Part shown: positions 52,761-64,000 of the stretch, piece by piece | Layout of the letters: each line of letters starts with the position of its first letter | Numbering within the stretch: the first letter of the stretch is position 1 | NCBI GenBank assembly: GCA_028023455.1 | Contig: JAQFVV010000007.1 | Location: 5,332,001-5,396,000 of the forward strand | Length of the DNA: 64,000 nt | Reading direction: 5' to 3' | Origin: Epiperipatus broadwayi | Lineage: Eukaryota > Animalia > Onychophora | Translations under genes and position numbers: made by a program | Notes under the pieces: generated by a model | What the model saw: the letters and a program-made list of their open reading frames with translations, nothing else | Told to the model about the DNA's origin: nothing | The model's database searches: none

Positions 52761-53319
52761 GTATAGACAATATTTAAATATTATATATATATATTTAGTT
52801 CTTTTGTTTCAAATACTTTTTTTTGCATTTTCTGAGAACAAAATTCATGTCCATAATAATTTGAACTTCTAAAATCATATTGGAAATAATCTATTCAACA
52901 AAATCCTTGAAAGTACTTTGCTATAGTGAATAACAATTACATTCCATGAAAATTTTTGTAATCTTATTAATTTTCTTTATTTTTAAAAATCAGAATAAAA
53001 GCATTCTTAATCAATTTCATAAATACATATATTCTCAAACAAGTTTATTTATTTTCTAGAAAACTAAAGAATAGATTTACTTATATTCATTACTTTTTTT
53101 TAGAGAATTTTTCCCCTCTGTAGCAGGATTATTTTGAAAAATTCAAATTATTTTAGTGTTTAATAACTGATTAAATTTTCCATGACTAATAGATGCTTGT
53201 AACAAAATGAACATCAGTTTTCTTACAAATATGATTAAAATAAAATCTATTTTTAATGCAACTCTCATTTTAATCTTGTAACATAACATCCTCATGATAA
53301 TTTTCAACTATTGTTGATT

Positions 53320-53670
53320 TACTGCAGAGTGAAGGTCTCTCCAAGTTTAATCCATCTTCTCAAACTTGAGCCTCGCTTCTCCACCTCACACCAGCACATT
53401 TTCTTATTTCATTCATCCATCTCACAAATGGTCTCTTTTTAGGTATGTAAAATCTCTTGGAATCTGGTTTAAGATTTCAACTGTCTGTCCATTAACTCTT
53501 TTATCAATATGACCAGCCCAATTCCGCTTCGGTCTCTTAATTCTTTCAATGATGTCAGTAATACCTGATTGTTCCTTCACTTTTGTTTTCAATATCTTCT
53601 TGTTAACCCTAACAGGTATATCTCTCTATATTTCACTGAGTGGTCTGAAGTCTTTGTATAGCTCTTTTGT
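53320..53670 (-). mobile_element. RTE-like LINE 3' end (same family as 11440-11810; another piece at about 51280-51560)
   Basis: WAGHI...RWMNEIRKCAGVRW...WIKLGETFTLQ. Confidence 0.75.
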
Positions 53671-54419
53671 TAAGCATATACATTTTTTATAATACACACA
53701 CATTTAAATCTGAATTGTAAAAGTGTAATCTTATATGCTTAAAAATTAAATATTTATGTAACTACTAAAAGTGTTTACTAATCAAATGATTCCAGTTTTG
53801 TTTTAATTAATATAATATTTTTTTATATTTTAATTTGAATACTTATGTGAATGTATTATTAAAATAACTGTATATTTTAAAGGTAAAACCCACACATAAA
53901 TACCTCTCCTTGCCCCATAACTATAATCATTTTATAATTTTTTTAACTTATTGTGTAATAATTAGTTTAAAATGCAAACCCTTTCATCTAATATATTATT
54001 GTTGTATGTTAACTAAAAGTAAATGATAAATTTATTTATTTAAATAAATTCCTTAAATATGTTCCCAAATTTGACATTTTAAGTAAAATGTGCTATATCA
54101 CTGTTGTGCCTTCCATGCTTCCATCATGGATGGGTGAAGCATGCACATGTAAGTAGGACCCCTAGCCTCTTTTTATAGCATGGAAATGCATGTGATTTCA
54201 ATCTAAAAACCCAACAACAGTATTAAATATAGTTAAAATGTAGTCATTATTATAATTTTTAATTATTTTTATCCATACTATATTCTTCTATTTTTAATTC
54301 AAATTTTTGATTATTACCTTTTTAATTTATTTTAATTTTTTTTCTTTTTCATTTTTTTTAATGCTATTTCAATTTCTCATTAGTAATTCTGTTTACAGTT
54401 GTAATTCTTCTATATGTAG

Positions 54420-54518
54420 GCAGAACAGATGATAGAGCAGATAAGGACAGCCTTCAAAAAAAACCTGCCAGAATTAACATGGATGGATGAAGAAACTAGA
54501 AAAGCTGCCAGAGAAAAG
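54420..54518 (+). CDS. ECE/neprilysin-like exon 4 in window
   Basis: tag|GCAGAA...GAAAAG|gtaaaa; 99 nt = AEQMIEQIRTAFKKNLPELTWMDEETRKAAREK (diagnostic WMDEETR..A.EK). Confidence 0.95.
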
Positions 54519-54708
54519 GTAAAAAATAATCATCATTGTACATTATTTTTTACATATAATTTTTGTTATTTTATAGCAAGGGAATAAAATAACTTTTTTG
54601 ATGAGGCATCAAATTATATTGAAGCAGAATCATCATTCATAATAATCATGTTTTAAATATATTATAAAATAAAACATAGATTATAACAAAAGGTATTTAC
54701 ATATTAGA

Positions 54709-54830
54709 TTTATGTTCGCAACAGCAGAATGCTGTACATTTGTCCAGTGTGGAGGGGGAATGTGTGGTTGCAACACACATATTAAAAAGTCACAACTTGG
54801 CATTCTACTGTTGCAGCATGTAAATTGAAT
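54709..54830. mobile_element. Small MITE-like element
   Basis: Imperfect about 25-bp terminal inverted repeats atttatgttcgcaacagcagaatgc / gcattctactgttgcagcatgtaaat. Confidence 0.45.
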
Positions 54831-54974
54831 TTGTCTTAATTATTATTTTATATATGCATGTAATGTAAATAATATGTACAATTGCTACTTTAGTTTTCAA
54901 TTTAATTTAGAAATGCAGTTTTATTTTATTCCCTTTTTTATTGTAAAATGGTAAGATTGTATTTAATTATGTGC

Positions 54975-55184
54975 TTTCCTGAAGATTTGTAATGATGGTG
55001 TTCTAGTTGTATTTTTATATTGGACTATTTCCATCATCTAATATGCATATTGAATGTCTTTAGAAAATTTTAATTTTATTTAAATAATTCAAATACATTC
55101 TACTGTTAGTAGTAGCACATCAAACAGGTTAGTATATACACAACATTTTGAGAGGTATTGTTCTCCCCTCTTCTTCAGGTATGT
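54975..55184 (-). mobile_element. PLE 5' fragment (family of 36020-37280) with canonical-core HHR remnant at 55138-55184
   Basis: Aligns by eye to 37100-37285; ACAUAC CUGAAGA A GAGGG-loop-CUCUC AAAA UG U U GUGU. Confidence 0.65.
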
Positions 55185-55589
55185 TTCATTTCTGAAAAAA
55201 TAAAAAATAAACTTTTTTAAATTTATAGTTTAAGAATAGAAGTTTATTATCAATCCAATGTTACATTGATGAAGAGAAACAATTCAGTCAAGTAGGATGT
55301 AACATTTTAAGTTTATTTACTTAAAAAATCCAAAGTTAATGCTCTTTATAAAAATAACAGTTTTTGGTTTGAATAAGGAGTGATAGTTACAAAGCACAGT
55401 TTGAGATCTGAAACAATTACATCAGACAAGTCACAGTGGTAAAACTGTTATTGCTTTGAAGGCCTGTAAGACGAACATTAATAAATCTTCAAGATTCTAT
55501 CAGTGAATTATTTACTAGAAATATCTAATTTTTATAATTTCTTCCCACTTGTTACTAAACTCTATTGATTTATATATATATATATAAAT

Positions 55590-56365
55590 AAAATACCATA
55601 TATACACCTTGCATAAGCACTTTTCAATGCAATATAATATAATAGAATTTATTTCTCCTTCCTTACAGTTTCAACTATCCAGCAGTCATCATCAGAGCTA
55701 CAATATTTGTCTATACATATAATCATACAATTAATAACTTACTTATGCATACATATTTATAAACAATATCCTATGTTACGAACTTTAAAATAATATAATT
55801 TTTCAATCCCTGTAATGATTTATCCTTATTCATTTTTAATTAATACTACTTTTTGTTTTATTTTAATCTTAATTGATTTTCTTTTTCATAATTTGTTCTA
55901 ATTTCAATGTATACTTTTCTACATTTGTATTACTTATAAACTTTTTAATAAATTATTTCTATTTAATAATAATAATAATAACTACACAATATTGCATAGT
56001 TATTATATATTAAAATAATACAGATATTCAAATTAGTACAAATTATAAAAAAGGAAATCAAGATTTGAAATAGTATAAAAAATAATATTAATTAAAAATG
56101 AATAAGATTAGATCATTATAGGGATCGTTAAAAAATTATATTGTTATTTTAAAGTTCATAACATAGGATATTGTTAATATTGTTTATATTGTTTATAAGT
56201 ATAAATGCATAGATAAGTTGTTAATTGTATGGTTATATACATTTGAATATTGTAGCTCTGATGATGACTGCTGGACAGTTGAAACTGTAAGCAAGGAGAA
56301 ATAAATTCTGTTATATTAAATTGCATTGAAAAGTGTTCATGTAAGGTGTAAATATGGCATTTTAT
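55590..56365. mobile_element. Family D fold-back with an HHR motif in each arm
   Basis: Arms about 55590-55855 and 56075-56365; HHR 56255-56292 (+) GCU CUGAUGA U GACUG-CUGGA-CAGUU GAAAC U GUA AGC; mirror copy 55661-55699 (-). Confidence 0.75.
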
Positions 56366-56539
56366 TTAAATATCTAATTATTTTTGGAAATTTTGTTTCT
56401 AGCATGTCTGTCTGAAGAAAACAAAATGCAAAGTTTGCTATAAGTTTTTGGCCTTTAATGATATATCTGCAAAGTCTATTTCATAAAAAAATATTTATTT
56501 CAATTTTTTAGTAAATTAAACTGATTCACAAATGAGCTT

Positions 56540-57169
56540 CATAAGAGTACCAAATTCTCTGTACAGTAGTGCCATCAAGTGCAAACCTTCATAATCAATG
56601 GATGCAGGAAGGTTTGTGAAATAAAATCCCTATCTAGTGCCTACTTCAACATCTCCAGATTAGTTTCTAGTTTGAGGCTTTCATCAGTGAGGTGTCTTGG
56701 ATTTGAGAGCACTACACCTAGATCTTAGGATCTAATCCAACTTTCCAGTGATAACCTTTTACCTATTTGGTTAACTATAAAGCTAGGAGTCCAAGATGAA
56801 AACATATAATATTTCCAACCCAAGCTCATTATCTTGTATAATCATATAGATCTGAACTCAGTTCAGCATCTATACATTTTGGTGTTTTTGATTTTCAAAA
56901 ACAGCAGTCACCATTATCCTATAGGCAGGATAGGTATGAAAGCCACGAACCATAAACTGGTCTTGGGATATTGGATGATATTGAATGATTAGGCACTATA
57001 TATGGATTTTATGCACAAACCTTCTTGCATCCATTGATTATGAAGGCTTGCACTTGGTGGCACTAGTTCTTGTAGAGTTTGGTACTCTTATTAACATCAT
57101 GTGCAAGCATAAGAAATGGTCACATTATTTATGACTTGCTTTATTGATTATGGTGATCATACAATGTTG
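56540..57169. mobile_element. Family A monomer with terminal inversion
   Basis: HHR on minus near 56650-56705 (CUGAUGA and GAAAC kept); candidate TSD aaatgagctt 56530-56539 / 57170-57179. Confidence 0.8.
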
Positions 57170-57488
57170 AAATGAGCTTTATCTTGTGGAAAGAATATAA
57201 ATGGACTTTTATTATTAAATGTAATTGTAAATTTTTTAAAATTAATTTGTATTAAATTTTCTATGTAAAGTAAACTTTATTTTAATTATATTTTAATAAT
57301 TGCCTATACTTTTGATTGTTTACTTTTCAAGTTTATATATTAATAATATATACTGTAATAGTGTAAAAATGCATTCATGGTTATACTTATAACCTTGGAT
57401 GTCTTAAAACAAGCTATCTTATAGCTCAGATGATAATATAAAAAATTACCATTTGGCCATTCTTCAGTTTCAAGTACATTTGTAATCA

Positions 57489-57659
57489 AACAGTAGTATC
57501 ACTCAATGCAAGCCAATGCCTAGATAGGGACTTTATGCACAAGCCTTCTGACATATACTGATTATTCTGGCTTGCCCTGAGTGGCACTACTGTATGGAGA
57601 ATTTTGGCTGTTTTAATAACAATTATGAGCAATCATAAAACATGGTGATCATATGATAT
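57489..57659. mobile_element. Family A mini fold-back (no HHR part)
   Basis: TSD atttgtaatca 57478-57488 / 57660-57670. Confidence 0.75.
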
Positions 57660-58132
57660 ATTTGTAATCATAATAGCATAATTATTTATTTGAAATAATT
57701 TTATTCATGTCTAAACTAACTTTTTAAATATAATAATAAAATTATAGATAAATTTAGCAAAGTTAATATTTCTAATTCTTTTGCAATATTTGATCAATGT
57801 ATTAACTAAAATATATTATTAATCATTATTTTATTGAATTTTTTATCAAATTTGTATTTTGTTATAAACCCTTCAAATTTTATTGACTGTGTATTTATGC
57901 AAAAAACTTGATGATCACAATAGTTTTACTCTTAATCTCTATCAAATCCTGGAAATAGGGTAATTTGAGTTTGTATGTGGTTATGCTCATAGTAAAAATC
58001 AATAAAATGGTAAATTAATAATGTCTCAGACTGAATTATTTTTAAACCAGCCAAAAATCCTTCCCAACTCAAGCATTTAATATCACAACACCTATTAGTA
58101 TCAATAATGATTGGCAAAGAACCACTAAAGGT

Positions 58133-58367
58133 CACATGATCACCATTTCTTACGCTTATTCATAACTGTTATTAAAACAGGCAAAACTTTCCATATAGTA
58201 GTGCCACTCAGTGCAAGCCAGAGTAATCAATGGATGCCAGAAAGTTTGTACATAAAATCCCTATCTAGTACCTACTCATCCAATATTCCCAGACTAGTTT
58301 CTAGCATCCATTGATTACTCTGGCTTGCACTGAGTGGCACTATTGTATGGAGAGTTTTGCCTGTTCT
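58133..58367. mobile_element. Family A short fold-back truncated inside the HHR
   Basis: Left arm stops at cagactagtttct (58291-58303), then an inverted copy of 58180-58237; no TSD seen. Confidence 0.75.
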
Positions 58368-58648
58368 TGATATACATAGCTGTACAATGTTAGTCATTTT
58401 TTAATTTTTCATTATGTTAATGCCTACTTTGTCATTTTTAATGAAGATAATAAAGCTTTATTGTCTATCATTACATTGCAGTCACTTTGTTAGGTTTACT
58501 GATGATTATGACATAAACACAAACTTGTATGTATATAAAATCTGATTTAACTATAAATTACTTCCTTCTTTTCCAAACTAATATAATAAATGATTGTTCA
58601 TGAAAACACACAGAAAAGGTAGTTTTTAAAAATATTCAGCATTAGTAT

Positions 58649-58691
58649 TGTTAGCATGCTTTCAATGTAACATGTATATCATATTCATGGT
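58649..58691 (-). ncRNA. Type I hammerhead-like motif, A3-U8 core variant
   Basis: ACC AUGAAUA U GAUAUA-CAUGU-UACAUU GAA A-GCAUGC-U A ACA; palindromic stem III AGCAUGCU. Confidence 0.55.
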
Positions 58692-61142
58692 TATTATAAT
58701 ATGGTCCAAGAGTTTTTGGTATTAGTGCATAAGTAGTGACTAATTAACTATTCAAAATATTAAAATTTATTTAAATGGCACACTTCTTTGATAGAGGGAT
58801 ACTTGGATCTTTTTTACTTATTGAAAAATGATCAATTTTTATTACCCAAGTCTCCTTGAGTTTCTGCTTTCTATCCTCTTTCTCCATATATATATATATA
58901 CATATCGCTTTTAACAGTTCAAATTTATGGCCTGTATTTTGTTTGTTGTCAGTAAATAGTGATGAATTCTTTATTTTTGAGAGCTCTGTTGTATAAATAT
59001 CTATGTTGGGCCAATTTAGTTGAAAGCTTGGCCTTTGACTTCCCATAATATGCAAAGTTGCATGCAAATTGGCTGTATTTAATTTTATAGATGACTTAGT
59101 ATACAGATTCATCCAGAAAATTGTCTTTGGAATTGTTAATCAATTGGTTCAGTGATGGTGAAGTTCAATAGCTTACGCCAAATTTGTCTTTCCAAATTTT
59201 TTTAAATTTATGCGTGACTTTTGGGCTATAAAAGAGACTAATCTATTTTTAGCTCCTCTTGTTGAGTGGGATTGGGGTCTTTTATTTTGTTGTAAAATCT
59301 ATTTATAGTATTAATGATTTTAGGTAATTATACCCTGTAGTTTGAATGTCCTTTATATATTTTTCAATTTTGTTCTTGTTATCATATTCAAATTTACCCC
59401 AAAATATGATTTCTGTGCAGAAAACCTTTAAATCCTGTATATTTATGTGAAATAGGGATTATTGATCTGAAGTGGGTTGTTCCTATAATATTTATAGATT
59501 TATGCATCATTCTGTAGCTTAGCATGTTGCATTGCCTTTGGATGTACGAATCCAGGAATTAAATTCCTCTGTAATACTCTGTCTCCATGTGTTGGCACTT
59601 GTTCTAATTCTTGCTGTATTTTATTGATGTGTGTGTCCTTTGAACATATAAATGTGTTGTCAACATATCTAACATATTAAATCTGAATTTGTAGACACAA
59701 ATTTAGAAATGATATTATTTTCAATTTTTTCAAAGAATAGGCTGCTAATGATACCACTAATGTGGAGCCCCATTGGCCATCCATGGTTCATTTTGTAATA
59801 TTTTTTATTTGCTACTGCTGTAAGGTCTTTTATCTATACACTTTAGTATGTCTATGGTGAATTTTTTGTGAGGATTATAATTAATGCTACTCAACAATTC
59901 TCCAATATCTTTGATAGATTCTGCTTTAGGCACTGAGCTATATAATTCTTTTACATCCAGTGATGTGATTTTGTTATTGACATCTATTTTTACATTTTCA
60001 ATTTTATTAACAAATTCATATAATAATTTGATTGAATAGGCACAAAATCACAAGTCTTCAGTTATCCATATAGTGATGGTTTTAACTGTTTTGTGAAAGT
60101 ATGCTCTGCCAAAATCAATAATCAACCTTAGTGGGAAATTTTCCTTGTATGATTTTTACATTTACAAACATTCTTGGAATAATTGTGGTGGAGATATATA
60201 TCTTAAAATATTCCCTCTTCATAAATGCCATTCCATAATGCTTTCTAAGATTGCTGTAATAAATTTGTTTGAGATGATATAAATCTATATCTATTAATTT
60301 AAGTTTTTTAATTTGCATGTCTAGTTTTGTTCGATACTCTTCCCTCTTCCTTAACAGCATTTGGTTGTCCCTTGTCTTCTCTTATGCAGATTATGTTACA
60401 ATTTTTTGTATTGGTTTTAGTATTACTTATGCTAATGCACCTTCTGATTTGCATGTGTTTGGTAATACTTTAGTTACTGTAGCTGTTTTCTCATTTATTC
60501 TATCTTTTGTAGATTCTTTCTCGAATTTGCTTTTAATGTCAGCCATATTTCAATTTTAGCATTTTTCCATTCTTTTACAAATGTAGATCAGTTATTTAAT
60601 ATGCTACCAATTGTTTCTGGTACTTATTCAATGAATAAATTGACTCTATTATCTTAATTGTTATGTTCTAATTTTTGGCCTCATTTTGTAGCTAAGAAAC
60701 ACATTTTTTATTATATTTGCTTTTCAATTTTAAAGACATTCATGCACATTTATTTTTAATTTCTTCTGCCAGTGCATATTTCTTAGATATTATCTTTATC
60801 TTTCATGTATCTGCCTTAATTGACTTATCCACACACTGTATTATTATTTCTAGTAAAATCATTTTTAATTTGTGCAATTTTTTCTCACATTGATAAATAG
60901 CTCTATCAAAATATATGTTACAATATTTTGGAAAAATCTTTAATTGCAAACAATTATGTAAAAATATAATTCTTTCTTGTTTTTTTGTCAAACTACTACA
61001 CATCTTAATTATGCCTCCTTCCATAATCTTTTGTAATTCAACAATAAATTATTTCCTTCTTTTCTGAGCTAACATAATAAATGGTAGTTAATGAAAACAT
61101 ATACAGAAAAGAGAGTTTTTTTAAATATTCAGCTTTATTACT

Positions 61143-61185
61143 GCCTAGCATGCTTTAGATATAACATATATAGCATATTCGTAGC
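61143..61185 (-). ncRNA. Type I hammerhead-like motif, A3-U8 core variant
   Basis: GCU ACGAAUA U GCUAUA-UAUGU-UAUAUC UAA A-GCAUGC-U A GGC; core partly decayed (U4C, G12U). Confidence 0.5.
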
Positions 61186-64000
61186 TTATAGTAATATGAA
61201 TCAAGAGTTTTCATATTAATGTATAAGTTGTAATTAATTAGCTAGTCAAAATATTAAAATTTATTTAAAGGGCCAAATTCTTTGGCAGAGGGATAATTAT
61301 ATCTTTTTTATTGATCAAAAAATGGTCCCTTGCTATTCCCCAGGCTTCCTTGCCTTTTTGTTTTCTGTTCTCTCTCTCTCTCTCCATATATTTTTTGCTT
61401 TTGACATTTTAAATTTATGGCCTGTTTTTGCTTGTGATCAGTGAATATTGATGAATGTTTTTTGTGAGGGGTCTGTTGCATTAATATCTATATTGGTCCA
61501 ATCTAATTGAAAGGTTGGCCTTTGATTCCCCATAATATGCTAAGTCGCATACAGGTTTGCTGCATTTAATTTTATAGACCACTTGATATGTGGATTCATT
61601 CAAAAAATTATCTTTGGAATTGTTAATTACTTGGCTAAATGAAGGAGGTTTGAGGGTTCGAAGGCTTATAATGAATTTGTCTTTGCAAATCTTTTTAAAT
61701 TTATATACAACTTTTGGGATGTAAAAAGACTAATCCATTGTTTAGATTCCTCTTGATGAGTGTGACAAGGTTTTTTTTTTATTTCATTATCAAAACTATA
61801 TTTATAGCGTTAATGATTTTGTTAGAATTATACCTTATATTTTGAAGGTCCTTTATAAATTCTTCAATATTCTTCTTTTTATTATATTTAAATTTGCACA
61901 AAACATGATTTCTGTGCAGAAAACCTTTAAATCTTATATATTTATGTGAAATAGGGCTTATTGATCTGGTGTGGATTGCACAGGTTTAAGTATCATATTG
62001 TAATCTACCATGTTGAATTGTCTTGGGATATATAAATCCAGAAATTAAATTCTCCTGTTTTTGTCTTCTGTCTCCAGGGTCCAAAAATGTTGATGCTTGT
62101 TCTAATTCTTGTGTATTTTAGTGATATGTAAGCCCTTGGCACATATAATTGTGTTGTCAATGTATCTAACATATATTAAATCTGACTTTGAAGATACAAA
62201 CATAGGGATGATATTTTTTCTAAAAATGGGTGCTTATGATGCCACTATTGGAGAGCTCCATTGGCTATACATATTTTATTTTGTAGGATTTTCCATTTAC
62301 TATTGCTGTAAGATCTTTATCTGACCACTTTAATTCATCTATGATAAATTCTTTTTTTGTGAGGGTCATAGTTAATGCTATTCAACAATTCACCATTAAT
62401 TTCAACAGATTCTGTTGTAGGCACATGGTCATATAATTCTTTTACATCCAGTGATGCAGTTTTGTTGTTAACTTCTATTTTCACATTTTAAACTTTATTA
62501 ACAAATTCATATGGTGATTTGACTGAATAGGGATCAAATCCCCAAGTCTTCAGTCATCCATGTAGTAATAGTTTTATGCTCTGCCAAAATCAATAATCAA
62601 AACCTTAGTGAAAAGTTTTCCATGTGCAATTTTACATTCACGAACATTCTTGGGATAATTGCTGTGGAGGAGTACATCATAAAATATTTCACCTTTGTAA
62701 ATACTCTTCTTCAATGCTTTCTAAAGATTGCTATATATAAAATTCATATTTACACTATATACAAAATTATTATACCTTTGCCTGATATTGTTGGTGAGAT
62801 GTAGCATTTAGTTGCTGACCAAATATAGAAGGAAGGGACTTCAGGTGACCTTATAAGTTTACTTACCACTCATGATACATTTCAATGAAAACATTTACAC
62901 ATTTGTTAAATTTTTTACCCTAAGACAAATTTTGGGTGTATATGGAAGAACAATGATTCTTAATCTTTTCAAAATTTTTGTCAGAATGTATAAATGAATA
63001 ATATATTATAACGATCGAAATGAAAGTGAAGATCGAATCTGACCGCAAACTACGATATCTGCTCTACAGAGCGCATCTAGGCATTTAAACCTAGAAAAAT
63101 TTATAGAGTAGGCAGATACGCGCGGTTAAGATTCCACTTTATTTAAATATTCAGATCGTTAGCCCAAGTCACTAGCTCAGTGGAGATGCTCAGATAAAAA
63201 TCTATATCTTAATTTATATCTTAAATATAAATAAATAAAAGCCACTGCCAGAAATTAACACAAAAATATTTATTTACGCACATATAAAATAACATTTAAA
63301 TTTTGAGGAATAAATTCAACATTTTAGATTTTTCTATTAATCTTTAGTTTTGCATTTAAGTAAATTACAACCATGAGTTTAATATTTTATTTAGATAGTT
63401 GAGTATGAATAGACTACATAGATCTGCATTTGAAAAGAAAATATTCTTCCCTGATTTAACCTTAGGTAACAAATTTCGCAATCAAACCGGCGCCAATCCA
63501 TCTGATACATTTATGTATTCAATGTAGCATGAAAATACGACAACACAAAATACTATACTGTCAGGAATGTACATCTGATCAGTAAGTAGAATTAGAGAAG
63601 ACATTGTCTCTCCACCAACAGGAATGTCACATCTGTTGGTGAGTAGAACAATAAACATAAAACTCCATAGGAATGGACTGCAGTCCTTTGCCGTCTTACA
63701 AACCCATCCATAGGCAAACAGAAGGTGTGTGGCGTATGTATATAATCCTGCCCGTAGCGGATCTCATACTACATCTACAATTACACAAATATATCCAATC
63801 CATTGAACCAATTCAACTACGAAATGAATAACCTAAGATTACCCTCCCTTAATATAACTTTACAAAACTATATAGCCATTCACGCCCAACTTAAAATTAA
63901 CATTTAAATACGTTCGCACAGATTATTTTTATAAATTTGTTTTGAAAATGTTGAGTATAGATCGGCTGCACAGATTCCACGGTCAAAAACATCCAAATTA

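Larger units (their letters stand above)
58560..62790 (-). mobile_element. Partial tandem of two PLE copies sharing a pLTR (YYG-type GIY-YIG)
   Basis: pLTR-like block 58560-58770 repeated at 61050-61270; RT (SLDVKELY, MGSTL, RYVDNT, FLDL) and EN VYKIKCSKPVCDLAYYG in both copies; copy 2 truncated near 62790. Confidence 0.85.

Noticed and set aside
20844-58367. Family A as MITE/fold-back DNA transposon, or as a CRISPR-like array
   Set aside because: Ends are not fixed, TSDs are long and variable (10-17 bp), units are circularly permuted; there is no repeat-spacer periodicity and the context is eukaryotic.
633-62804. Remaining short ORF-track entries as host or novel genes (e.g. 633-818, 3102-3320, 6970-7308, 44577-44910, 60317-60559)
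   Set aside because: Low-complexity AT-rich frames or antisense shadows of TE ORFs and LTRs; no motifs, no splice-consistent context.
54519-64000. Next M13 exon (expected A..I...IGYP-type sequence)
   Set aside because: No AG-bounded segment with that motif was found by eye; it probably lies beyond the window. Likewise no upstream exon was found in 1-3563.

Overview
AT-rich metazoan genomic DNA lying entirely inside one gene on the + strand, an M13 zinc metallopeptidase (endothelin-converting enzyme/neprilysin-like). Four short GT-AG exons (3564-3650, 14042-14190, 30294-30516, 54420-54518; 558 nt, 186 aa in frame) are separated by introns of about 10, 16, 24 and >9 kb. The introns are filled with decayed retroelements: two Ty3/Gypsy LTR elements, three L1/Tx1-like LINEs, several RTE-like LINE pieces, many Penelope-like elements (PLEs; RT + GIY-YIG) and a tRNA-Gly retrocopy. 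The most notable content is non-coding: roughly 25 type I hammerhead-ribozyme (HHR) motifs, intact to decayed, from at least seven repeat families. (1) Family A is an approximately 430-455 nt non-coding HHR monomer. It is inserted in circularly permuted, multimeric and fold-back forms with 10-17 bp target-site duplications (TSDs), which is retrozyme/circRNA-like. (2) Three diverged PLE families, all with a YYG-type GIY-YIG endonuclease, carry an HHR fold whose catalytic C3-G8 pair is replaced by A3-U8; a fourth PLE carries U3-A8. All folds were read by eye and no activity has been tested. TE boundaries are approximate unless termini or TSDs are quoted.
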